A stretch of DNA of 64,000 bases, taken from assembly GCF_000315625.1 (NCBI RefSeq), contig NW_005434622.1:62001-126000 (forward strand). Reading direction: 5' to 3'. The position numbers were made by a program, and so were the translations under genes. Shown one piece after another: positions 1-13,000 of the stretch. Position 1 is the first letter of the stretch. Every line of letters starts with the position of its first letter. This DNA comes from Guillardia theta CCMP2712 (taxonomy: Eukaryota; Protista; Cryptophyta). The notes beneath the pieces were generated by a model. It was not told where the DNA came from. It did no database searches and saw nothing but the letters and a program-made list of their open reading frames with translations.

Positions 1-476
1 GCTCATCGTCGCCCGAGACTGACACCCACTTATACAGAGAGGATAGGGCCAACAGACTGTGAGTTGGAATCACACGGGAGGAAGGCTAGCACGGCACACA
101 GTCTTGTTACCACAGCCCCACCGCAATGCACACTTTGAAGATCCACCTACCACCAGGCAGTGAGACGCTTCTCCACGCAAAGATTCGCAGAGGAGAACAT
201 GTCGGCATCAGTGTCATCATAAGTTAGGAGCTCTCACCATCGGTTCCCATATCTCCTCATCCCCAAAAGCTTCTCCATCTTTGCAGTCCGCTTTTTCCAT
301 TCCTGCGTGGAATGGACTGAGGAGGACGAGGAAGGAGACAAGGGGGTTTGAGACGGAAGAGGAGCACAGCAGAGAGCATGAGAAGGAAGATGATCGACAG
401 GAGAGGAGCCGGTGGGGTTGGAGGAAGAGCTCCTCATCCTCGCACGCGTTTCCACCTTCCCCAGCTCTCCTGCCAT
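1..476 (-). CDS. 5' part of an intron-containing gene; probable type II membrane protein, runs off the window
   Basis: Manual splicing gives MAGELGKVETRARMRSSSSNPTGSSP|EWKKRTAKMEKLLGMRRYGNRW|WIFKVCIAVGLC|LLALSSLYKWVSVSGDDE: a basic N-terminus, then one hydrophobic segment. Introns are GT..AG. Confidence 0.5.
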
Positions 477-529
477 GCGGCCCACGTCGCCCAGATCTGT
501 GGGCAAGCAATTCTGAGGCGGGCATGTAA

Positions 530-960
530 ACCGCCGGACCGGCACTTACGGTGCACTGAGGGCGGCCGGCGGCCGCGCCGCGCCGGGCCCGGCACGCCGT
601 CACCTGACAGACTCGAACTTTAAAGTTCCGAGTAATACATAAGTCGAGTCCTGGCAAGCGGCCTTGTTCCCATCATCCGGCGCCAGCACTAGCCGCCCTG
701 AGGCTGGGCGGCCGCGGCCCAGCCCCGGGCCTCCGAGCTATTGTGCGCAGTTAAGTGAAGGTCACCGGTATCAGGTAAGTCATGATGGGGGACAGCAATC
801 ATCGGCGCTGCAGGATGAGGGATCAAGTTGGTTTTCCACGCGGCCATGGTCTTCTTCGAACGGTTTTAACTTGACCGTTTGACCAAACCGTGCGTGGCAG
901 TGATCGCCGCTCTTCAGTGCCGCTGCCACCGGCGCGGGCTTGGGCGGAGTCTCGGAGTTC
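530..960. repeat. Dispersed modular repeat, copy A (GC-rich arm plus conserved AT-rich modules)
   Basis: GCGCAGTTAAGTGAAGG (745-761) and TGGGGGACAGCA (786-797) are reverse complements of motifs at 35250, 35707, 38721 and 57730. Confidence 0.65.
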
Positions 961-1860
961 CGAAGTTCACCTCGTCAATCGGACTGTCATAGACAATTTA
1001 TCCGTAAAATAGTAATAGGTGGATTGTACTACTACAGTACACGGTACTGGTACACTGATTGTAAAACACAGGCTCCGCTTACGTCATTGTTCCTGCAGTA
1101 CTACTATTTGTATTTCAGTTGTAAGTTCAGAGTTGGTCCTGTATGGCGTACTGTTACTGCCGCTACTCGTACTACTTTTAGTACTGTACCATATTGTCAC
1201 TACCAGGAATAGGGTGATGAGACTGCACCTTATAATTATGGGCTCAGAATCGGTACAGATTCATGCCCAAAATTGTTTTTACATGTAGTAATGGTTGTAC
1301 TTGGGTTATGTAAAATTGTTTTTGAAGAGATACAGTGTATTGTAGCGGTACTGGTACTAGCAGTACCTTAGAGGGGGCCGTAGGGTACCACCACTAGAAG
1401 TGGCGCCGCAAGAGCCTCCCGGGGGTGTGTAAAGAGAGCGGCAAGATCTCCAACGATGGTGCCGGTGCGACGCAGGCATGGCAGCAGGCGCGCAGGGTTC
1501 GCAGATCTTCATCATGTTCGGAGTGTGGAAGGAAGGAAGACAGAGTAGTAGTGGGGCTGAAGAGTAGGAGTCGATGCCAGTGTGCGGCAGGAAGGCAGAT
1601 CGTGATGGGGAGTTTCTCGGGCAAAGGAAAGAAGTAGCTTTTGTATCATGAGGTTTGCCAGTGCAGTTTCAGACACGGCCTGTTGAGAAAGGATCTGTGC
1701 ATGCCCTTTGTATGGAATGTGTCTGATGTTTTCAAAGAGATTATTCGGATTTCCCGCCTTTCATTAGAACTTCGCTGACCTTCACCTCCTTTTTCTAGTA
1801 ACCCGAAACTTCAAGCTCGATGGTCGCTCAACCAACCTTTGAGTATGAGCGAGAGTAAGC

Positions 1861-3950
1861 ATGGAGTCAGAGGGTGCTTTTGTAAATGTTGGGTCTTATG
1901 AGATAGGAAAGCTCATTGGCAGTGGCGCCTTTTCCAAAGTGCGACTGGCGACCCATGTGACGAAAAAGAAGCAATATGCTATGAAGATAGTCGACAAGGA
2001 TAAGATTCAGAACATTAAGGATCTTGAGAATGTGATGCGAGAAATGCACGTTCTGAAGAACATCTCACACCCCAACATCATCTCCATGCACGAGGCGATC
2101 GAGAAGGGAAACAAATTGTTCTTGGTTCTCGATTATGCTAAGCGGGGACAATTGCAAGAGTACATTGTGGCTACGGGGCCAATTCCAGAGAGTGAAGCTC
2201 GTCCCTTCTTCGTTCAGATCACATCCGGGTTAGATTACTGCCATCGTCAAGGAATTTCTCATCGGGACATCAAGCCCGAGAACATTCTTCTGGTTGAAAG
2301 AGACGACAAGTCGTTGGTCTGCAAGATTGCAGATTTTGGGCTGAGCAACGACTTCAGGCCTATGGAGATGCTCAAGACCATCTGTGGAACTCCTTGGTTG
2401 GTCTCCCCTTATTGTGCTTGCTGGAGGTCTCCTCTGACCCCACTGTCTAGTTTTGCCGCTCCCGAGATAACGCAGGGACAGAAATATGATGGGGTAGCAG
2501 TCGACGTATGGAGCCTGGGAGCAACTCTGTTTACCATGGTTGCTGGCAAAGAACCTTTCTCGTCGGAGAATCAAAATGAATTGTACTGATTTCCATGTTG
2601 CACTGCGTTCTAACGTCATTGAAAGATTTCGCCTGATTCAAGGGGCCCTTTATTCGATTCCTCCTTTCTGCTCTCCAGGTTTATTCATGAATTTACATAG
2701 AGGTTCTTCGCGTCCGAATGTGCTGATGCTTTGTGGTCAGATGTTGCCGACATCATCGGCAAATTCTTGGTGGTTGAGCCTGAGAAGAGGATGCACCTGT
2801 CGCAGGTACCGCCAGCGCCTTACAGGCTGCTGTTCATTCAGCTGCTGCGGCAGGTCTGGCAACACCGCTGGCTGGCGAAATCCCCTCTGTCCTTGGATAC
2901 TCTCCTCCTCGATGATCAGGCGCGTCCTTGCTGGTCCTCTTGTTCGTTTCTGAACCCTGCGAAGGATGCTGACGACAAGCCAACAAGCGAAGGGAAGGAA
3001 GAATCGCCGGGAAAGAAAGAGAATTCACCCAAGAGAGTCATCGCGAATCTCCGCTTTGAGCTCCTGAAAACTACTTACCTCGCTTCAGAAGAGCTTGCAA
3101 AAGGTATAGCGAGCTGATCGTCTTGCGCGGCCTCCAAAGTTGATCACCGTGCAGAGGCTATCAGTGAACACAATGTTGTGCTTGTACATCTCAAAGTGAG
3201 CACTCGCTGCTGTGAGACTTTCACCATCTCTGAAGCCGAAAACGAAATCCCGACGACGCTCGTCATCCCGCTGCCCAAGGCAAGAATCACTTCAGTTGAC
3301 ATGGGTGAAGCTCACGAGCGATCCTTTCAGACCAAAGCAACGCCGATGCGAGCACGGAGGTGAGGCCGACCAGTTGCCCGAGGGGCTGAGCGTCCAGCTC
3401 ATCAACTTTCCTCGCAGTCGGACGGTGACGCAGCCAAGAAGGCTTTCTGATGCCGACAGCAAGTTTTCCATGCCGACTGATCTTGCAACAATTATAATCA
3501 AGGTGACCGTCTATTCTGAGTTGCCAATTGTTTGAGTGTGCCTAGGATGTCAAGGCAGTCATGTCGGAGCTTACCAAACAGTTTCAAGATCACAAGGTCT
3601 GTGATCAAATTCGACAGTTCATGAGCTGAGAATTGTTAGATCACAACGAAAAGCTCGACAGCGCGATCAATTCGAGGCGAGCGGAATAGAATCAAATTCG
3701 AGATTTCAATCTACTGCATATCCCCCGGTATCTTTCTGCTCTCTGCCTCAACCTGCTCCTCTTCTGCTTGTCTATCGTTTCAGCCTTGTGCCTGCGTGTT
3801 TCATTTGTCCATCCTCCTGCTGCTCGACCCATCTGAAGCTCGCCTGCAGCAGGGGATGAGGCGTGCGGCGAGCACAAGCTGCTAGTGGCCTCTTCGAGAA
3901 TATCAGGCGACGAGGTTTCAATAGAGACGAGCACGAGAGCGGAATGACCA
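1861..3950 (+). CDS. CAMK-group Ser/Thr kinase, MARK/SNF1/AMPK-like, with probable C-terminal KA1 domain; multi-exon, 3' end approximate
   Basis: GSGAFSKV, YAMK, HRDIKPEN, DFG, TICGTP|FAAPE and DVWSLG motifs. Late exons give IKFEISIYCISP...VASSRISGD, which resembles KA1. Confidence 0.9.
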
Positions 3951-4043
3951 TGCGAGCAGGTGAACTATCGCGACATTTGCAGGCGAGTATTGTTACAACT
4001 ATGACAAGAAGACATCAAGTCCAGGGTCAGTCAAGAGAACTAG

Positions 4044-7000
4044 TTAGCAGACGAGGTGCAGCTTGCTATGGCTTCGAGCCCTCAGTCGCTGTCCTCTCTG
4101 CGTGTCTGGCTGCATTATGCTCGCATACCAAGATACGAGCTTAGATAAAACTTGAGTCTCATTACACTCCTCCTCCAGGAGCTCCTGGCATGCCTTGACC
4201 TGACCAGCACTCATCCACGCCGTCGATGCGGAGGAAGTTCACCTGGTTGCATGCCGATAGCCTGGAAAGCTTGACCAGCTCGAGCAGATGCCTTGATGAA
4301 CTTGGTCGTACACCTCGTGATGCACTGCACTAGTGGTGACCTCGACAGCTGCACTCGAAACATGGCTGAAAGAGTTTTACCTTCTCCTCTCTGTCGTCCA
4401 ACGTCTTGGACCGAAATGAGGTCACACAATTGTTGAAACATCTGCACCATCAGCCAGGCCAGTCACCAACTTCAAAATCGAATGCTGCAGTATGAGCTGA
4501 AGAGAATGTCCTACCTTTCCACAAGACTGTTGTACATGGTCACCTGTTCCTTGATTTGCATGTCTTCAAGCATCATCATCAGCCTCTGTCTCTCACTTTC
4601 CGAGACACCCGCGAGCATAGCATTCATATCCTATCAAGAATACTTGACATCATTGCATGCTTCAAATTGCTTGCTTCATACCATCTTGGCGGTAGATCAG
4701 GGGGTTCGATCGAATAAAAGTTCCAACTTTGCTGAGTCCTGCAGTTCAAAGATAAGACAGCCAGACATTCGTCCTCGTGCCTAGCAGCCTTGTTCTCTAT
4801 GTTTCTTGTATTTATCAATGTTACAACTCACTTTACAATCAGGATCTTGCAGCCACACGGAACATTCCAGTTGATAATTTCAAAGATCAATTCTACATTC
4901 CCTTGCTCTTTGCATCGATGGGCCCTTAGCACAGGGACAATTGATCTCTGACCAATCCTAGTGTCTCCCTCCTTTCCTCTCTTCTGCTCTGCTCTGCTCT
5001 GCTCTGCTCTGCTCTGCTCTGCTCTGCTCTGCTCTGCTCTGCTCCCTCCCTCCCTCCCTCCCTCCCTCCCTCCCTCCTTGTTTTCTCGTTTCCTATGTGC
5101 ATGCGCCGACGCGTGAGATCGGACTCAACTAGTGTTGAGCGGGGAGGAGGGGCCCGGGCTCGCCGGTGAGACAGCGGGCCGGGTGGCAAGCCTCCTCTAC
5201 TCAGGCTCCCATTGCCCTCGTACTGTTTTAACATTACTTAAAAATCTATCAAGAGTACCGGGCTCACTGATGAGTAAAAATCCATTAAGAGTACCGGGCT
5301 CACTGATGAGTAAAAATCCATTAAGAGTACCGGGCTCACTGATGAGATTTGCCGGGGAACTAGAAGAACATGAATGAATCATTTACATCACATACTACCA
5401 AGAAGGTTGCCAGTGCTAACTAGTAAGTTCTTCCTACGTGGAAGGGTCGTTGACTTTGAACTTTCTTTCCTTCCACGCGTTCAGAGCTCTGAAGAGAGTC
5501 TGCTGCGACCATCGCTTGAGTGCCTGCGAGGCGGGAAAGTAGTGAGCAGAAGCGGAAGGAGGAAGGAGGGTCAGGCTTTACCTGAGTCGTCGAGAGGAAG
5601 ATCTTCTCACGCTTGTTGAGCGGAACTTTCTCGGAGAAGTTCACCTTCCAGTCTCTGCTGGAGAGTCAGCTGGAGGGTCATGAAGCGCGACAAGAAGCCT
5701 CACATGCCAACGTCAGCAGCGAACGAGTTGATCTCAGCGAGCAGGGCCTCGAGCTGCAGCAGAACTTGATCGGGGAGGACAGGAGCGAAGATCATGCTCG
5801 CCCGGATGTCAATGTCCTCCGATATCACCTCCCCCTCCAGCTGCAGCTCCAGCTCGTCGAAGGGTCTGAACCACTCGCTGCCAGCGCTCAGCAGCTCCCG
5901 GAGCTTTGCGGCGACGACGTGGCAGGCGACGATGATGCTCTCCGCCTCCTCGAAAAGCCGCTGCTTGTCGGACTGCAGCTGCATCCCCTCCTTCCCGAAC
6001 CTCATCGGCCGCGCAGCTGGTCGAATCCCATCCGTGTTGACCGCCCCCCCCTCCCCCTCCTGTTTGTGCAGGCGCTCCATGCAGACCCTCCTCGCCTCCA
6101 CCGCCCAGCACTTGATGGCGTAGTGATGCTTCCGCCACCTGCTCACGCACGCGAGGGCAGCGAAGGCGACGATGTGGAGCAAATGGGGAGCGAGGGAGTG
6201 GCAGGGGCGGGAGAGGCCGTGGTCAGGCTGAAGAAGGCGCAAGTCAGGGACGTTGAAGATAGTCTTGATGACGAAGTTAACGACGTCGAAGGAGGCGGAG
6301 CTGCGATGATACTTGTCGAGCAGGTTTGCAATGGCGAAACCGTCGACGACGAAGCAGAGGGGATGCTTGAAGTCAGAGTCGCTGTTGACGAGGATCACTC
6401 GGCGAGTTGAGTCGTCGAAGTTGGAGAGGAAGGAGCTGTACAAGTCCTGAAACCTGTCGAGGAGGAGGTGGGACAGCGACGACATCAGCCAGCGAACGTC
6501 TCGCTGGACGCCTGACTTGACGCGTTTGAGCTCCTTCTCGACTGCCTTGCTGGCATACTGGTAGAGCTTCAGGTAGTACCTCTCTATTCTCGCGATCCCA
6601 CACGCAGCTGCCGCCATGGGATCCTCGACGAGACCCAGCAGAAGGCCGAGCCAGTCCTCGTCATCGACCTGTTGGGGTCGAAGCATGAGAGACAAGAAAG
6701 AGAGGAGAGGAGAGGAAGGGAGGGGAGGGGAGAGGAGGGGAGGGAGGAAGAGACAGGGAGGAGGAGAGGAGTACGGTAGTTTTCTTCTCGCCCTTTAGAG
6801 ACAAGGAGGCTTGATAGAGATACTGAGACTTGATGTTCAAGGGCGGCAACCATGGCAGCCTGTTTTGTATCATATCCATGCAGAGTAGGCCGAGGATGAT
6901 GACGCGGCGATGAGAGCGGCGGGAGGAGGACTCAAGGTACTTGACAAGGTCCTTGATGTATGTCAGCCGCTCTCGGTTGTCGTGAAAGAGCTCGTGCGCT

Positions 7001-10000
7001 GTCTTGCGGAAGGACTCCGTTCGGAAGTCGAGAACGCCACCGACCAGGAGCAGGATCTGAAGGAAGTGAGAGGTGGGGGTGGAGGGGGAGAGTGGAAGAG
7101 AGAGGATAGGGGGAGTTAGGAGAGAGAAAGGAGAGGGAGAGGGGGAGGGGGAGGGGGAGGGGGAGGGGGAAGGAGAGGGGAAGGAGAGGGGAAGGAGAGG
7201 GGATAGAGAGAGTGAAAGCAAGGAAGGGAAAGATAAGGGTGGGATAGAGTGTGATTGAGCGACATTGAACCACCTGCTTGTCCAGCAGCTCTCGACGCAT
7301 GCGCGAGAATCGTGTGAAATTCTGTTGTGAAATGAGACAGCGACCCATGATTGCACAGCAGAAATCACAAGAACACGTGTATGGTACTGGACGGACATCA
7401 AAGTAAACAGGTTCTGATTTTGTGAAGAAGAGAGAAAGGCATTTGAATTGGACGGCAAATCACGGGAATAGATTGGATGGCTGAGAGAAATTCACAACAT
7501 CCACATAGTTCACTGACCATCCCGCATTTCGTCTGCACGAGATAAACCAGCTCGTTGGTCGTCAGCCCCGTTCTTGCTACTGCAAGAAAGCGGAAAATCT
7601 ACACGAAAAGAAATCAAGAGAAGAAGGAAATTGAAGTGATGGAATGAAGGCAAATATCTAGCCAGTGCACGAGCAGAGCAGAGCAGAGCAGAGCAGAGGA
7701 CAGATGAGTAGAGTTGTGTGGAGGAGTGGATTGGAGTGGATTGGATATGATTCTAGAGGTAAGGACGAAGATGAGGATTGTATGTTTGTGTCAGAAGGGA
7801 GCGATTAAGGTTGTAGCATCATGAACTTACATCTCCAAATGCTCTGTGACGAGTGTCGTATGCTCTTAGAATGACCTCGCTGAGTTGCTCCATGTTTGTC
7901 GAGAACCTTCAATGTCAAGGAGGAGGCGAAGAGGAGAGGAGGAGATAAGAAGGAGGGAAGGAGAAGGGAAGGAGAAGGGAAGGAGGAGGGAAGGAGAAGG
8001 TCAAGTGGAGCGGAGGTGTGGAAAAAAAATGGAAAAGAGCGGAGAAGAGAGGAAGGAAGAAGTTATAACGCATACAAAGATCGTGAGGTCTGTCACAAGC
8101 ACTCACAGAGTTTTCCTCACGATCTTCAGCTCAACGCCAGTCTGGCAGGCCAACGTGATGTAGTCCAAGCTAAGTCGTAGGCGCCCTGGCGTGAGGCTGT
8201 CCAGCCCTTCTCCTTCTCCTCCTCCTCCTCCTCCTCCTCCCATCAGGTCTGGACATCAAATTCACAGATGGATAGTGAAAGAGCAGGAGGAGGGAGAAGA
8301 AGGAGGGACCTGGTTTTGACGACGTCCGTTCGAAGTTAGAGGACGTTCGTCGAAGGCGTTCAGAGAAACAATCGTGAAACATCTTATTAGCATCTGAGAC
8401 AGAAAGTTCCTCTGCCTTCCTCTCGAAGAAACTGCCATAAATACCTGTCACACTCCTCCGCCTCCTCCCCCCCCCGTCCCCCCACCCCCTCACCTCCCAC
8501 TCCACCTCCTCCTCCACCACCACCACCACCTCCTCCTCCTCTTCAATCCTCCTTGCCTGCGAGCAACTCCATGCTTGACGACCGACAGGCTCTTGACCTG
8601 GTCGAGTTCAACGACGTTGGTTGCCAGTCTGACAAGTCTAGCAGGAACATCGTTGCTGTCCGAGCTCGCGATCAAGTTCAGGTTGCTCCCCAGCTCCTCT
8701 ACAGTCCTTGAGCAGGAGACAAGTCACACTCCTGCTGCTGCATCCCCTCCTCTCCCTTGCTTTCTGCCTCCTCCTCTCCCTCCTCCTGCTCCTCTTCCTT
8801 CCTCTTCTCCCTCCTCCCTGATTCTCTGAAATTTTGGTTTCTTCTCATCTTCCTTGCAAGCTCACCTTTGCAACCATCCGTAGTCGCAGTTCGCCATCAG
8901 GTCGATCCGGTCAACGATGATCACAACCTTGAACCTCTTGCAGGCCTCTTCCAGCCACCCCCGCACCTGCGCCCTAGTCACTCACTCCTCCTCTTCTCAA
9001 GGACCCGTCCCTCCTCCCCTCCTCTTCTCAAGGACCCGTCCCCCCTCCCCTCCTCTTCTCAAGGACCCCTCCCTCCTCCTCTTCCCTTCCACATTCACCC
9101 TCCCTCCTCCTCCATCCTCCTCCTCCTCCTCTCATCTTCCTCCCTGCCATTCTTATCTGACGCTCCTCCTCCTCCTCCTCCTCCTCCTCCTCCTCTCATC
9201 TTCCTCCCTGCCATTCTTATATGACGTTCCTCCTCCTCCTCCTCCTCCTCCTCCTCCCAGCTTGTCTTGCAGTACCAGCAGCTTCAGGCTCTCAATCTCC
9301 GAGGGGATCGGAAAGTTGTAGCGCATGGCAGCTTCGAGCTCACGCGCGAGTTTGCTCAAGAGGTCGAAGAAGTCCAACGTGTGGAGGCTGGCGAAGTGAA
9401 CGAGACTGAGGGAGACGAAGCACTGTAGCTCAACGTCATCTGGCCTGACTTGCCTGCGTCTTGTATCAACGATCACTCCCTCCTCCCTCCTTTCCTCCAC
9501 CCCTTCCTCTTCCCCCCTTGATCCTCCTCCCTCCCTTCTCCTCACCTTCGCGCCATGCTATTCGGATCAAACACACAATGAGGATTCATCTTACTGAATC
9601 TCTTGGAGACCTCATTACAAATGCTGCAGCACCTGCTCCCTTCATGTCACCAAAACTCCTCCTGCTCCTCCTCCTCTCCCATCCACTCACAAGTGCGTCT
9701 TGCCGCTTGCCGGAGACCCGCGGATCAGGATGACTCGAGGGACGTCGTCTGCATCCTCGGACGCGGGGAAGGGGAAGAGGATGGAGAGGAGGCGCTGGGA
9801 GAGCTCGGGCCACCTGAAGTCTTCCGTGGTCGTGCAGGAGAGGAGCTCCGAGGTAGAGAGGTACTCGATGTCCTCCGCCTCCTTCATCCTCTTCCCAACC
9901 TCCTCGAAGATGTTCCTCCCAACGTCCCGGAAGATCTTGCGCTGCAGGTCTGACTCTGTCTGCCGGGCAGGAGTCAAGCGAGGAGGAGGGATGGAGAGAG

Positions 10001-13000
10001 TGAGAAGAGGATAGAGGATAGAGGATAGAGGATAGAGGAGAGAAAGAAGTAGGACAGAGAGAGGGGAGGGAGAACGAAGGGATTAGGAGTTGGAAGGAGG
10101 AGGAGGGACGAAGACGTACGTCATAGCTCCTGATCAGCTCCGGCACGTGACGGTAGCAGGTCTTCCTCAGACTCTGCACGGAGCGATCGGAGGAGACGCC
10201 GTAAGCCTCGTTGAGGTCGTAGAGCAGAGCCTTGGGTGCTCGGGAGGGGTCGAGGATGCATGCGTAGGAGAGGAGAAGCTCGAACAAGGAGCAACCGATG
10301 GAGCCGAAGGGGGGAGGAGGAGGGAGCTGAGGATCGTCGTCGTCCTATGTGAAGTCAGCAAGGTGAGTGGGAAGGAGAAGGAGGACGCGAGGGAGGGGAT
10401 AGAAGGAAGGGGCAGGGGGAGGGAGAGAGCGGAGCAGGGCTATGGTAGCGATGGAGACGGAGAAACAGATGGTAGGAGCAGTTGGGGGAGGACAAGGGAG
10501 TGAGCTCAGAGCAAAGAATGAGGGAAGGAAGCGGGACAGAGGGGAGATGTCATGCAAAAGAGGAGGAGAAGAGGAGAGGAGAGGAGGAGAGGAGAAGAGG
10601 AGAAGAGGAGAAGAGAGGAGAGGAGAGGAGAAGAGGAGAGGAGAGGAGAGGAGGGGACGGGACGGGACGGGACGGGAGAGGAGAGGAGAGGAGAGGAGAG
10701 GAGAGGAGAGGAGAGGAGAGGAGAGGATAGGAGAGGAGAGGAGGGCGACTAGAGAATCTATCTCACGGTTCTATACTCGAAGACCCAGGGATGTAGACTT
10801 GACATGTCATGCAAGAAGTTTCGATGCATCTTCTCCTCTTGCGCCCTCCATTTGCTCTCGTTGAGTTTCGATATCATCTCAGCCTGCCATCCCCCGTCAG
10901 CCTCTCGCGCCCCTCGCGCTCCCCCCCTCACATTCTTCGCGTGTCGTTTCGCCATGAACTGGGAGATGGAGATTGTCAGCACGAGGGGAGCAAGAGAAAA
11001 AGGCGACGAGGAAGAGGGGAGGAGGAGAGGAAGAGAGAAGGGGGAGAAGGTGCAGGGGAGGAGGAGAGAGTGTGTGAAGGGGAGGAAAAGGAATAGTGTG
11101 AAGCTGACATCGTCCAGGTGCTTGCGGAAGGAAGGACGATCTCGAATCATATTCATCACAACAGCTTTCGTTACTTCCAGCACGGAGCATGTGCTGCTCT
11201 TAACTCTCACTGTTGCTCCTGCTGGCTCTCCCGTGAGCAGACTCATCTCTCCTGCACCCCGAACCGTCATCTCCTCCTCTCCTCCTCTCCTCCTCCTCCT
11301 CCTCCTCCTCCTCCCACTCACCAACCATATCACCACTCTTGAGCACTGCAACTTCAACTTTCCCGTCTGCAATGAGGACTGAAAGATTCCCGTTGAGAAC
11401 CACATACCTGAGTTATGCATCACCTCACCTCCTCCTCCTCCTCCTCCTCCTCCTCCTCTTCCCCCCCGCACAACCCGCTTGTCTGCTTCGCTCTTACAAT
11501 CGTCATCTTCTTTTCTGTCTTTCTGTCTCTTCTTCTATTTCTTCTTCATCTTCAACATCTCTTCTCTTCTAGTCTCTCACGACTTCCCCTCCATCCTCGT
11601 ATCCCTCCATCATCTCAGGAACTTACATGGAGCCAGATATCTGCCCCACAGCGATTAGGGTGCTGCCCGGCTCGAGCTTGCGGAGGACGGAGGCATGAGC
11701 TAGCGTGCGAATGTCTTGCGAGTCCATGATGGAGAGGAGAGGAGACTTTCTCAGCGTGAGGATCTTTGTGACCTGCAGGAACTTCAGAAGGGGAAAGGGA
11801 AGACAAACTCAGGAGCGGAAGGAGATTGGAAAGGGAGGAAGGGGGGAGAGGTAGGGGAGGAGAGGTAAGAGGGAGAGGTAGGGGAGGCGAGGTAGGGGAG
11901 GAGAGGTAAGAGGGAGAGGTAGGGGAGGAGGAGTATATTCTTGCCTGCGTGATGTCACCATTATCAATAGCCTCGTCGTCAATAGGAGGAAGCATGAAAC
12001 TGGTATTAGGAGTAGGAGCAGCAGGAGCAGCAGGAGCAGCAGGAGCAGGAGCTGCTGGACCCGAAGGAGCAGCAGGAGAAGTTTGTGTAGCAGGAGGCGA
12101 AGTCTGTGTAGCAGGAGGAGGAGAGCTGGACTGGGCCGGAGCTTGATCGGGTTGAGCTTTGAGAGACTCGCTTCCTCCTTGCTCCTTCTTCATCTGTTCC
12201 CTCCCTCCGTCCTCCTTGAAGCTGGCAGATTTGTCCTTCAATTTCAACTTCTCCTGCTCCTTGCCCTGCTCCTTGCCCTGCTCCTTGCCCTGCTCCTTGC
12301 CCTGCTCCTTGCCCTGCTCCTCTGACGTCACCGGGAGTCGTTTCATGGAGCCATGCATGAGGATGGCGGCGAGAGACTTGGGTTTCTTGGACCCCTCGGC
12401 TGACTTGATCCGCTCCTTCTCCTCTATCGCCTCCTCCGTCGCCAGCGCTCGTTTGAAGATCTCAGCTACCGACTCCTTGAGAACTCCACTCTTGTCTCCT
12501 CCCAGCTCCTTCTTCTTCTTCCTCCTCCTCCCGATCGCCTCCAGCTCCTTCGATTCGTCCACCACACGATGCTCTGTAGTGTAGGAGGAGCTGGCAAGCG
12601 CTGGAACTTTACCTGATTTCCTGGGGAGATTCAGAGCGTGAGAGGAGAATGATTGCGAGGAAGCAGGAAGAGGTTTTTTGAGGAATAGAACATGAACGAG
12701 GGAGAAGGAAACGAGAAAGGAGGGAAGAAGTAAGGAAGGAGGGAGGAGGGGAGGGGAGGAGGGGAGGGGAGGAGGAAGGGAGGGAGGAGGGGAGGGAGGA
12801 GGGGAGGGGAGGAGGGGAGGGGAGGAGGGAGGGAGGGAGGAAGAGGGAGATAGGGAAGAGGAAAGAAATGGCTGTTTGAAAGCGAGGCATACTGGGGCAG
12901 CACGACGACCAAGTGCGGCAAACTTGCATCGACATCGGAGAGAGACTTCTGGATCAACCCGAGAGAGCAGTGCGGGTTGGCAATGTCTTCACGGAGACTC

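Noticed and set aside
5239-5346. 36-bp repeats as a CRISPR array or hammerhead ribozyme (CTGATGAG core)
   Set aside because: The units are contiguous with no spacers and there are no cas genes. The GAAA half of the hammerhead core and its stems are absent.
5613-6410. 265-aa plus-strand ORF
   Set aside because: Antisense shadow of a GC3-rich exon of the minus-strand gene. The same applies to 25843-26676, 39095-39652 and similar ORFs.
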